From: an archaeon
GTDB taxonomy: Archaea > Iainarchaeota > Iainarchaeia > Iainarchaeales > 1-14-0-10-31-34
Length of the DNA stretch: 32,000 nucleotides
Assembly: GCA_024277355.1 (NCBI GenBank)
Contig: JAJRVL010000001.1
Coordinates: forward strand, 90,001-122,000
Direction of reading: 5' to 3'
Under the pieces are notes generated by a model. It did not search any database. It worked only from the letters and a program-made list of their open reading frames with translations, and had not been told where the DNA came from. The first letter of the stretch is position 1. Every line of letters begins with the position of its first letter. Positions 19,101-27,107 of this stretch are shown one piece after another. A program made the position numbers and the translations under genes.

Positions 19101-20450
19101 GGAAAACTTGAAGCAATCGGCGCAGAAAGAATAATATCAACAAAATATGTTATGACTTTTAATGAATACAAAGCTTTAAGAGACCAGTTAAAAACATGCA
19201 CTGACACAAATCCAACCGCAAAAGAATGCGAAATAAACAAAGTAAGCGGATTAACTGGAAAAATATTTATTGACAAAGACTTCTTAAAAGAATTACAAAA
19301 CAACATTGAATTCAAAGTTGGAATTAGAAATACTGCTTCAATTACTTTAACTGAAAGAAATACAGTAATAAAACAAGGAAAAGTAACAGCATCAAAATTA
19401 GTTGGAACAAGCTTTGAAGACTTTTACAACAAAAACATTGAATTTATTTCTTTACTAAAAGAAGACGGAATAAGTCCAGAATTTAAAGAAGATTTTACAA
19501 AAGAATATGCAACAAAAGAAGTTGATTCAGGATTTAGAGAATGGACTTTTAATAAAACAAAATTTGATTCAGGAACATATTTAGTTAAATTTAATTATGA
19601 CTGGGCTGCTGAAGGAAAAAACACTGAAGTAAAATTAGAACATGATGGAGACTTAAGTTCAGTTTACAAAAAGAATTATTTATTTAGTGTTCCATTTGAC
19701 GGAAAAGTCGGAATAACTGATTCCACTAAAAGAAAAGGTTATGGAACAGGATATGGAAACAATAAAACAGTTAACAATATTTATTTGAATAAAAATATTT
19801 TATTAAAAGACGGAGACGGATTAAACACTGGATTAAATCAGTTTAATAATACAGAAAAAGCAGAAGAATTCAAGGATACAAGAAACGGAAAAATACTTTA
19901 CATGACAAACGGAGAATTAAAGTTTACTCCTTCAAAGCCATTAGGATTAACAGCAGAATTAGATTCAGGAAAATCAGGAGTATTTTATGATTTAACTAAA
20001 ACAGCAAAAGCAATTGGAATAGACCAAGAAACAACATTAAATTATTTATTTAAATGGAATTCAGTTAAAGATGAAAAACAAGAAGAAAGCAATTTAAAGA
20101 AGGCAACTGACTGTCAGGCAACAAGATTTGGAATAATTTTTAATGATGAAGAAATACAGAAAGTTTTAAGTTTTATTCCGGTTAACTGGGGCTATAAATT
20201 TGAAAAATACTGCAATAACGGAATAAAAACAATGACTGGATATGATTTCAGTTATAAAGGAATAGTAGAAAAACATGATTTACCAGGAACTGCTTCATTT
20301 AGTTCAGATGTAGAAGGCAATATTGAACAAAAAACAAGCATTAAAAAATGGATTGACGATATTAAAACTGAAAACATTTGCTTTACAACTAACAACAATG
20401 AATTTACATTAGAATGGAATAAAGAAAAATTAATGAAAGAAATGAATTAA
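13119..20450 (+). CDS. Giant surface-anchored protein 2 (2443 aa)
   Basis: Uninterrupted ORF. N-terminal peptide GLKEVYSAIETKYYNFMDAIDEKGIPVYKAIDFVESKSIPSFPL plus TM, then repeated beta modules (e.g. SIVGQEKVTGLDGKASFERLPTGKYILRAEKRGFEG). Preceded by the Shine-Dalgarno-like aaagagg. Confidence 0.9.
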   Translation: MGLKEVYSAIETKYYNFMDAIDEKGIPVYKAIDFVESKSIPSFPLAVIFFVLILSGLILTLNGGSLLQNTTEFELMITDGTTAIQGTTISYFLGEKQITVTTNNQGKAVIEVTQGKEFSVTAEKNGFKKITKTFDAKDEKATLVLIADILKPIKIQLLGKGNELLEEEIKVSFTCSENDKWNEIVLFNTGTTNLADVPANCGKILAEPIGKKCSDCDFDAYDSLIKIYLEETTTEKGTINFTVLDDKGNYAEAIQVMVIPTGNLKEEDSCYTFNGLCETEVPFGTYYIRATDSTGKLRDYDSRKDTITITLNSNNQNIDFEEIILGQGVIGQIKIKIKSETGNLIEDALVRLFKDNSEINQQRSNTEGEIIFNVAEQIDYTVSVTHANYLNSDVKTVSPKNDFYSFSLKEATSSNKRKIEVNVVDEKNEAVENTKVFLKDALTGSIVGQEKVTGLDGKASFERLPTGKYILRAEKRGFEGKDSRVIEVKENELNEVTIKLDLGQGNLDVIVIDKEKQPIQSATIKVIDYFTGKEIFVDSTDTEGKKSFNIRADKKVYLEVNESSHSNYISAPIQMFNGTEEKTILLEDSINSFAIKLEELSLEGQEVENITVSEGRTYKAKFKLMIPTNVFSNNAGVHIRTGADTKNQNNTMEKDDLYIKKVIASNAKIIKGTAFNPNTGYAIDSKHLTSGNAKWTNIIFNSVKEGTYEVEIVIQVRETLNGSPMELAYRAWIENNGYQRDPYDSELQEAESSALKQALYAKTRHEPLKIGASSLCAENFCSSFTIKDLQNAVRTNIIDSFPAEISSNYELEFNIISTSEKTYSNSELIIKGKGIELNSYEIQGTQKNAEGEIIVKTGLIEKGQKISGTINFTTKKEGTNRIDLSLFGESSTLGKEKILFKPIRAEVKHAKTMIVSNSPQNLVPFIKNNLLVRITDEEENELSEVEIKIEKDFELIASGKTDSKGIFAFGFEAMNPGTKIIITAEKYGFNSVEKEMKIQENIIDVSPPEINESFNAKQDYAVTRDITLKNTTEMPLTVIGAELTDSFRGMIESEITGTGKELTIGNSESILIKLEMTNKGKNIKTLTSLSGEVVLILENLEAGKQWTASVPVKITIGLGGEVDSADCFSLSPNSWTALTENKTKEIKLNLANNCTVKEENISLKDVKAKVVWKENAIGTFELTSGIDGTKTTTLTNNYKTLNETFNPNTGEEENLTLIFTPDEIALGSGTATIYLEAVNPTEKGNQKLIQKIEVQTEISKLSECLRIRPASNQIRIQMNSYNYGYGSMPNYFGYTPQNNYYYGMNPNYLSSGNRNYPFTNYPYDPNASAGSLRNNPNVVFPDGWRSQQYPHNYYNTTYSNPTGFNPNLNNAWNTGSLGAPGKATIDIENSCASTVQVELEGTPEISVSDRTIVLEKGNHKTIEITPTMFIGQYPLTIRAKHKSSTDSAFEIAKYNVLVESEFERNYYDCINLSKRVFTFNDVIQKPVEGMVWNTCYDTGIRLNYQSIPRNLSGIGNFNFPSPQDTGQKRLGSSGMISSIELIQLVNKPGAEGKIIQELKFRMRKNLGYRTGKIPQLPNQNNPLIELANLRIKLTGAYYTIEAEERLPITFFDRTGNTQVIPFDIIIEDLWAGLPIIAEEIEFGNPNAAHQECIDESALQFSDCIADELFIDGVSRYIDARKVIRKGKEFCGDSDRIARLINSEIKDDSGITLKFEVKDGDKIQVIIDKTKMKYNPGRIEGKLYARLSRVSPLETKTVEIPFSIEVCELAEKQEKCFDKIKDKEEITKDLIDEQCPDLSEDEKQGIIDKTKETEEIQLCENGFTGETAFKEYGLDKIKLNWEWNSIEENECDAENNNSIYCDAVQFAIELNKKAKNIRNLGVIAGDCTGYCEQTDSLNLFRFIIAKTKVKDDITKELQYFFLDSSNSIIAGKKFDGTEFKTEINTIKEALETDLTNSKAKTITQVVNTIIDAVKTDSAIDETAIIGEIKLGNMLPGKLEAIGAERIISTKYVMTFNEYKALRDQLKTCTDTNPTAKECEINKVSGLTGKIFIDKDFLKELQNNIEFKVGIRNTASITLTERNTVIKQGKVTASKLVGTSFEDFYNKNIEFISLLKEDGISPEFKEDFTKEYATKEVDSGFREWTFNKTKFDSGTYLVKFNYDWAAEGKNTEVKLEHDGDLSSVYKKNYLFSVPFDGKVGITDSTKRKGYGTGYGNNKTVNNIYLNKNILLKDGDGLNTGLNQFNNTEKAEEFKDTRNGKILYMTNGELKFTPSKPLGLTAELDSGKSGVFYDLTKTAKAIGIDQETTLNYLFKWNSVKDEKQEESNLKKATDCQATRFGIIFNDEEIQKVLSFIPVNWGYKFEKYCNNGIKTMTGYDFSYKGIVEKHDLPGTASFSSDVEGNIEQKTSIKKWIDDIKTENICFTTNNNEFTLEWNKEKLMKEMN
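16945..17265 (+). other. Tyr/Asn/Pro/Gly-rich low-complexity insert in giant protein 2
   Basis: Encodes approximately QIRIQMNSYNYGYGSMPNYFGYTPQNNYYYGMNPNYLSSGNRNYPFTNYPYDPNASAGSLRNNPNVVFPDGWRSQQYPHNYYNTTYSNPTGFNPNLNNAWNTGSLG, unlike the surrounding Lys/Glu/Ile-rich beta modules. Confidence 0.85.
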
Positions 20451-20466
20451 GAAAATTGGTGAATTA

Positions 20467-22545
20467 ATGGCAATAAAAGATTTGTATTATGAAATGGAAG
20501 ATAAATTTTATTCTTTAATTGACAAAACACCATTAACAAAAATAACTGACCCAATAGACAAAATTGTCCCTTCATTTATGGTTTTTATTGCAGTAATTTT
20601 AATTTTATTTGCATCAGGAATAATTATTTTAATGGGAGAAGGTTTAGGAGAAGAAAAAAATTTAAGTTTTAAATTAATTGATGAAGACGGACAGGCATTA
20701 AGCCAGACAGAAATAATTGTTTCATTTAATGATAAAACAGAAACATTAACTACAAATGCTTTTGGAAAAACAGGAAAAATTAAAGTACCATTAAATTCAA
20801 TGGTTTCATTTGAAGTAACTGAAACAGGATTTAAAAAAGAAACTGATTTATTTAAGTTTGCTGAAGAAGGCGAAAAAACAATTACCTTAAAATCAGGGAC
20901 AGCAGAACAAGGAAAAACAAGAACAATAAAATTATATGATAAAGAAAACAGAAGTGAATTAATTACAGGGAAAACTTATAGAGTTTCTTTTTCCTGCAGT
21001 AATTCAAAAGCAACTCCTCCTTCAACAATAACTGTTTCAAATGGAAAAGGAAACGTAATTGAACCAGCAGACTGTGGAATATTAACTGCTTCAGTTTCAG
21101 GAAACCATTCAGAAAGCATTTCAATGGATTTAGATGAAGAAAGCAATGCAGTTTACTTGGATTCATTAATTGAAGTTAATACTTTAATAGTTGAAGTTAA
21201 AAATGCAGACAATAAATCATTAGACGGAATAAAAATAAGGATTGATTCATTATATGACAATAATGACACTCCTGTTTTTGCAGACAGTTCTTATACTTTT
21301 AACGGTCAGGCAGAATTTGAATTAGAATTAGGAACCTACAAAATAACTGCTTTTGATGAAACAGGAAATTATTATGAAGCAAAAAAAACAATTAATTTTA
21401 ATGGAAATGATTTAATTAGAATTGAATTAGAAAGAGCAGTGCCTGAAGGCGGTTACTTAAAAATTAAAGTAATAGATAAAGACAATAAAAGCGAGTTAGC
21501 TGAAACAAAAGTAAAATTATATTTAGATAACGAAGTATTTGAAGAAAGAACAACTAATACAGAAGGAATAACAGAATTTTATTTAAAAGACAAAACATTG
21601 CTTTATGATGCAGTAATAGATAATGAACAATATATAGTAAAAAAAGTTTCAGGGCTTTCAGTTGATAATACAGCTGTTACTGTTGAATTAGAAAAATTCA
21701 CTGGAAATAATGCAGGCACATTAAAGATTAGGACAATAACAATTGACGGAACAAAAGAAAAGCCTGTAAGAAATGCAAGAATTGCATTATATTCAGTTGA
21801 AGAAGATGAAGTAATTCTTACAGGATTAACAGAAAAAATAACTGACATAAATGGTTCAGTTGAATTTGATAAAATAAAAAACGGAACATACAAAGCTTTT
21901 GCATATAAAGGAACTTCTTCAGGATGGAGTGATGCAGTATTATATGACAGAAGAAATTCAGATACAACAGGATTAACTGTAACAATGCTTATTCCAAACG
22001 GAACACTAAAATTAAATGTTGTGGATGAAGAAAACAATCCAATTCCTTTTACTACAATAACTTTTTTTGAAGAAGGAAATTCTAAAAAAATAAAAGCAGA
22101 TAAAACAGACAGCAATGGAAGCATTTTAATTGAAACAAAAGCAGACAAACAGATTTACTTTAAAGCAGAAAAAGAAAATTTCATGGATTATTACAGCAAA
22201 AATTACCCAATATTTGATTCAGCAACAGAAGAAACAATTCAAATGATTCCTGAAAAAAGAATGGAAAAACCAGAAATAAAAATTACAGGATTATTCAAAG
22301 GAAACGAAGTATTAAATGAAGTTTCTTCACTTGAAGCAGGAGACGAATATAAAGTAAAAATACAGTTAATTATTCCTGAAAAGAACTATGAAGAAGCAGG
22401 AATTCATTTCAGAGTAGGAAAAGATATTTTCTTAGAAAATGATTTTATTTTTATTAAGACAGTTAATGCACCAAATGCAATAACAAAAAAATTCACAATG
22501 TTTGATGAAACAAACTTAAATGACTCAAAGAAAAGCTCTACTTAA
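20467..22545 (+). CDS. Giant surface-anchored protein 3, N-terminal portion up to in-frame TAA (692 aa)
   Basis: N-terminal peptide AIKDLYYEMEDKFYSLIDKTPLTKITDPIDKIVPSF plus TM, then CarboxypepD_reg-like modules. It ends abruptly inside a module that is intact in paralogs. Confidence 0.85.
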   Translation: MAIKDLYYEMEDKFYSLIDKTPLTKITDPIDKIVPSFMVFIAVILILFASGIIILMGEGLGEEKNLSFKLIDEDGQALSQTEIIVSFNDKTETLTTNAFGKTGKIKVPLNSMVSFEVTETGFKKETDLFKFAEEGEKTITLKSGTAEQGKTRTIKLYDKENRSELITGKTYRVSFSCSNSKATPPSTITVSNGKGNVIEPADCGILTASVSGNHSESISMDLDEESNAVYLDSLIEVNTLIVEVKNADNKSLDGIKIRIDSLYDNNDTPVFADSSYTFNGQAEFELELGTYKITAFDETGNYYEAKKTINFNGNDLIRIELERAVPEGGYLKIKVIDKDNKSELAETKVKLYLDNEVFEERTTNTEGITEFYLKDKTLLYDAVIDNEQYIVKKVSGLSVDNTAVTVELEKFTGNNAGTLKIRTITIDGTKEKPVRNARIALYSVEEDEVILTGLTEKITDINGSVEFDKIKNGTYKAFAYKGTSSGWSDAVLYDRRNSDTTGLTVTMLIPNGTLKLNVVDEENNPIPFTTITFFEEGNSKKIKADKTDSNGSILIETKADKQIYFKAEKENFMDYYSKNYPIFDSATEETIQMIPEKRMEKPEIKITGLFKGNEVLNEVSSLEAGDEYKVKIQLIIPEKNYEEAGIHFRVGKDIFLENDFIFIKTVNAPNAITKKFTMFDETNLNDSKKSST

Positions 22546-25500
22546 GGAGACGCAAAATGGTTTAATTCAGTCTGGTTTTTGCCTGAAAAAGGAGTGCATA
22601 ATATTGAAATATTAATTAAAGTAAAAGAAAATGCAAGATTAGGACAGGAATTAAAATTAAAATACAGAGCTTATGCTGATACAGGTTCAAGAACTGAAAG
22701 AAATCCAACAGATGTTTCAGTTACTTCTTCTGAAGAATTAAATGCTGCTGTAAAAGAAAAAACTTTTACTGTAGGTGCAAATATTTTTTGTTCAAATGAA
22801 TTCTGTTTTAGTGCAACAATTTTAGATTTAAAAGAAGACATAATCAAGAAAGTTTCAAATTCTTATCAAACAAAAATCCTACAGAAATATGAATTACAGT
22901 TTGATATATTGAATAATAATAAAACAAAAAAACATTATGATGCAAAAATTCAGTTAAAAAATGAAAATGAAATGCTTAATTTTTTAGATTACAGAATAAG
23001 CAATGCTGATGCATTAACTAAAAGCGGAACAGCAGACAAAAAAGAATTACCTTGGGTTGAATTAGGAGACTTTGATCCAAATAACCATATAACAGGAAAA
23101 ACTGAATTTATTACTCAGGAAACAAAAACAGGAACAATAGATATTGTAATTGTTTCAAATCAGGAAATAGTATTTGAAAAAAACATTCAGATTGAAGTTC
23201 AGGCACCAAAAAACTTTTTAGTTGAATTTACTCCTGAAAAAATTCCTTCAACTACTTCATCTTTAATTGAGTTTACAGTATTTGACGAAGAAACAGGAAT
23301 TGAAATTGAAAATGCTCAAATAAAAGTAATTGACAGGTTTGGAGACTTAATTGCAGGACCTGAATTAACCGACAGAGAAGGAAAAACAGAAATAATTATT
23401 TCAGGACAGGCTCCTGACACAAAATTAATTTTCAGGACAGAAAAACAGGAATACAATATTTCAGAATTAGAAGTTTTTACTGATAACTCAATAATTGAAA
23501 TTACTCCTGATAGAATTGGAATTACATTAAACACTAAAACACAGAAGTCAAATGAATTTTCATTTAAAATAAAAAACATATTAGAATTTGACTTGGAATT
23601 AACTTCACTTAAATTTACTGGAAACTTCAGAGATTTATTAAATAAAAAAGCAATGAATGCATGGATGAATACAAATTACGGAAACATAATTATTCCTTCA
23701 AAAACAACAAAAGAAGTTAAAGTAAAAGGAATTTTATCTGATTATGCATTAAACAGAGAAGAAAGAGATATAGTTGAATTAGACTTGGAATTAGAGTTAT
23801 CTAATGGAGAAGCTTTCTGGACAAAAGAAATTCCAGCAAAAATTTCAATTGGAATAGGCGGAGAAGTAGATGATCCAAATTGTTTAACTTTAGAACAAAG
23901 AACATGGAAAACAGGAACAGAAGGAAGCAAAGTAAAAATAGACTTTGGAATAGAAAATGCATGTACAATTAACGGGAATCCAATTGAATTAAAAGACTTA
24001 GAAGCAAAAGTTAACTGGAATTCAAATCACATTGGAACTTATACTTTGACTTTTGAAGGAAATCCAGTTGAATTAAGGTCAGCTTATTACAGGAAATTAA
24101 CTGAAGAAATGGAAAACAGAAAATATACTGCAACACTTTCATTTGAACCAAACGGAGGAGTAAATGGAACAGCAAATGCAGAAATAATTTTAAGGGCAAG
24201 AAACCAGTTAGACGGAAAAGATGAATTTATTGAAGATAAAATTTCAACTGAAATAAAAATAATTAACTTAAAAGACTGCATTAAGTTTTCTAATACAGAC
24301 TTAAAAGTCAAAAAAGGAGAAATAACTTCATTTAATGTTTCAACTTTAGGTTGTGGAAGCAATGTTTCTTTTACTTTTGATTCAGAATTAAAATTAAACA
24401 GTAAATCTTTAACTTTAGGTTCAGAAGATTCAACTGAAATAAAAATTGATTCAAGAGATGCTTTATCAGGGAGATATTTAATTAAAGCAGAAGCAAAAGG
24501 AAATTCTTTAGCAACAAAAACACAAATACAAAATATTTTTGTAACAGTATTTGAAGATTCCTGTGTTGCATTAAGCAGATATGAATTCGATATTTATGAT
24601 TCAACTGAAAATGATTTTGATGGATATGACACAGCACAATTATACAATTACTGTGATGAAAAAGAATTATTAATTAAAGTTAACATGAAAGACTGGAGTT
24701 TAGCAATGAGAAATTCATTACTGCCTTCATTAATTGCATTTGGGACAGCAACAATAAGTGATAAGAGCAGCGATAAAGCAGATACAACTGATAATTCAAA
24801 TGGAGAAAAAGTATGGGCTGCAGAAAAAGAAAGCATTCCAACAACAGCATTTATAGGGTTGCCTTTTATTGGAGAAATTTCTCAGATTTTAAGCGGAGGA
24901 AACTTACTAAAAAGTGTTTTTGGTTCAGCTTCTCCATTTGAAATATTTGGAATAACTTTTGTTGCTTCAACTTTATATAATTACTTTAGTGCAGATGAAA
25001 TTGGATTTAATGCAATAGCAGATAATATTACAGTCGATGACATTGTATTATTAGAAGGAATAAAATATACTACAGAAAAAATTGAAGTATTAGATGAAGA
25101 AATAGGATTAGTTATTGACGGTCCTTTTTCCTGCTTTGATTCAGTTTCAAATAAAACAATTGACTGCTGGGATTTAACTTTTGTAAATGAAAATAAGTTG
25201 GTTCAGGAAGACGAATTTACTCCAATAATGAAAATACTTAAAACAAAATCAGCAGAACACTTCTGGAAAACAGATTACGACGGAGACTATTTCAATGAAA
25301 ATAAAGGATTCCTTGAAAAAATGTTTAACGGAGCAGACTTAGACTTAAAAAAACCATTACAAGAAAAAACAAATAAACAAAATGAAATATTACAATACAA
25401 TAAACTGCAATTTAATTCATTTAATCCAGAAGACACAACTTTAGGAAAACAAAATGCTTTTGGTTCATGTTCAATTGGAGAATTAACAGGAGAAACAGGA

Positions 25501-27024
25501 GTAAATGCTTTGCCTAAAATCAAATTAGACTGGAAATGGAATTCAATAACACAAAATTCATGCGATGAAAGTAATGAAAATTACATTTACTGTGATGCAA
25601 CACAATTTTCAATTGAATTACTCAAAAAAATAAAAGAATTAACTGAAAGACTTGAAGCAGATGCATTAACTTGTGAAACAAACTGCGTTTATTCAACAAT
25701 TGAATTGCCTGCATTAATTGAAAACACAGAAAAAACAAGATCTGTTTCAGACAAAGAAAGATTACTTGAATTAGTTTCATTTAATTCTTATTTAATTAAA
25801 GACGGTTATTCAAAAGACTTCCAGGAAGACTTCCATGATTATGCAGTTAATATTGATTTCTTTAATGCTCCAACTTCTTATTACAATCCAATAGAAGAAA
25901 TAGGCCTTGGAGTTTACTTTAAAGACAATTCATTATTTGAATTCAATTACGAAGGCAGTCCTAACGCACCATTATCAGGACCAGGATTATACAACATTGA
26001 AATAGATATTACCTATAATGATTCTTCATGGAAATTATTCAATGGAAATACTCCTAATGCAAAAATAAAAATTAATTTAAGCAAACAAAGAGCAGCAAAA
26101 CCAAACTCTCCATTATATTACCTGCCATTTAACGGAGAAATTGGACTTACATCAGATAATGGAAGAATAGGTTATGGATTAGATTACGAAAATTTAACAG
26201 GAAAACCAATAAGAATAAATGACACTACAAGAAGTATTAGAACAGTTCCTCTTTCAGTTGCTGATCCAGTAGAAGAATTAAGAACAATATATGAAACAGA
26301 CTTCAAAAAATTAAATTTAGATGAAAGAGCAAAAATAATGCAGTTTGAAAGAACTTCAACCGGAACAAAATTAACTTATACTCCTTCAACTGCAACTCCA
26401 GTAATACTTGAAACAACAAGAAGTTCTGAAACACCAAAAGAAACAGCTTATGCATTTTATTTAATTACAGTTGACGGTCAGGCACAAAATGTTGGAAGCA
26501 CAGGAATAACTAATTGGTCAGGAATAGAAGCAAACTGCAAAGACTTTGAAGACAGAAGTTCATTAGATTACATGGAAACAGCAGACATGCATGGAATAAG
26601 CAGTGAAGCAAGCAATGCACAGATTACTGCAGATAAAGCAACAGCTTATGGATGGATATGGAATAATCCAATTAGAACTGGAAAATTCTGGTTAGAAACA
26701 TTAATTTTTAGTCCACTTGAATCAAAAACACAAATGCATTTAATTTCAGCAGCAAACAATGCAAAAATTTATACTCCATTAGATTCAGCAGTATTAACAG
26801 AGAATTCAAACTTAACTCCTTTTGTTGAATTAAATGGAGTAACAAGCTTGGAAATAACTTCCCTACAAAAAATACTTGATTTAGTTGAAACAAAAGATGT
26901 TTGTGTTGGAGGAATAGGAAATTCAAGTTATAGTTATTTCTTCTGGAATCCAGAAAAAGTTGATGACTCAATTAATTCAGTTAAAAACAAGTTAAACGCA
27001 GAAGAAAACTGTATTCTGAAATAA
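22546..27024 (+). CDS. Giant surface protein 3, C-terminal portion in the same frame downstream of TAA (track ORF 22579..27024, 1481 aa from a TTG)
   Basis: 22543-22545 is TAA. The same frame continues GDAKWFNSVWFLPEKGVHNIEILIKV, matching SGNAKWTNIIFNSVKEGTYEVEIVIQV of giant 2. It stays open to TAA at 27024. 22546 is a sense codon, not a start. Confidence 0.85.
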   Translation, partial: GDAKWFNSVWFLPEKGVHNIEILIKVKENARLGQELKLKYRAYADTGSRTERNPTDVSVTSSEELNAAVKEKTFTVGANIFCSNEFCFSATILDLKEDIIKKVSNSYQTKILQKYELQFDILNNNKTKKHYDAKIQLKNENEMLNFLDYRISNADALTKSGTADKKELPWVELGDFDPNNHITGKTEFITQETKTGTIDIVIVSNQEIVFEKNIQIEVQAPKNFLVEFTPEKIPSTTSSLIEFTVFDEETGIEIENAQIKVIDRFGDLIAGPELTDREGKTEIIISGQAPDTKLIFRTEKQEYNISELEVFTDNSIIEITPDRIGITLNTKTQKSNEFSFKIKNILEFDLELTSLKFTGNFRDLLNKKAMNAWMNTNYGNIIIPSKTTKEVKVKGILSDYALNREERDIVELDLELELSNGEAFWTKEIPAKISIGIGGEVDDPNCLTLEQRTWKTGTEGSKVKIDFGIENACTINGNPIELKDLEAKVNWNSNHIGTYTLTFEGNPVELRSAYYRKLTEEMENRKYTATLSFEPNGGVNGTANAEIILRARNQLDGKDEFIEDKISTEIKIINLKDCIKFSNTDLKVKKGEITSFNVSTLGCGSNVSFTFDSELKLNSKSLTLGSEDSTEIKIDSRDALSGRYLIKAEAKGNSLATKTQIQNIFVTVFEDSCVALSRYEFDIYDSTENDFDGYDTAQLYNYCDEKELLIKVNMKDWSLAMRNSLLPSLIAFGTATISDKSSDKADTTDNSNGEKVWAAEKESIPTTAFIGLPFIGEISQILSGGNLLKSVFGSASPFEIFGITFVASTLYNYFSADEIGFNAIADNITVDDIVLLEGIKYTTEKIEVLDEEIGLVIDGPFSCFDSVSNKTIDCWDLTFVNENKLVQEDEFTPIMKILKTKSAEHFWKTDYDGDYFNENKGFLEKMFNGADLDLKKPLQEKTNKQNEILQYNKLQFNSFNPEDTTLGKQNAFGSCSIGELTGETGVNALPKIKLDWKWNSITQNSCDESNENYIYCDATQFSIELLKKIKELTERLEADALTCETNCVYSTIELPALIENTEKTRSVSDKERLLELVSFNSYLIKDGYSKDFQEDFHDYAVNIDFFNAPTSYYNPIEEIGLGVYFKDNSLFEFNYEGSPNAPLSGPGLYNIEIDITYNDSSWKLFNGNTPNAKIKINLSKQRAAKPNSPLYYLPFNGEIGLTSDNGRIGYGLDYENLTGKPIRINDTTRSIRTVPLSVADPVEELRTIYETDFKKLNLDERAKIMQFERTSTGTKLTYTPSTATPVILETTRSSETPKETAYAFYLITVDGQAQNVGSTGITNWSGIEANCKDFEDRSSLDYMETADMHGISSEASNAQITADKATAYGWIWNNPIRTGKFWLETLIFSPLESKTQMHLISAANNAKIYTPLDSAVLTENSNLTPFVELNGVTSLEITSLQKILDLVETKDVCVGGIGNSSYSYFFWNPEKVDDSINSVKNKLNAEENCILK

Positions 27025-27107
27025 AAACTTGTTTAATTAAACAAACAATTAAATATAAATAAAAGCATAATATTTCTAATTTAAACTAAGTTAAAGAAGG
27101 GAATTTT

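Noticed and set aside
22546-22580. Independent translation start for the downstream half of giant 3
   Set aside because: The only nearby candidate is a TTG at 22579 in the middle of a conserved motif (WFLPEKGVHNIEI), so a true second gene starting there would lack the N-terminal anchor and part of the module. Considered less likely than an interrupted single gene, though internal initiation cannot be excluded.
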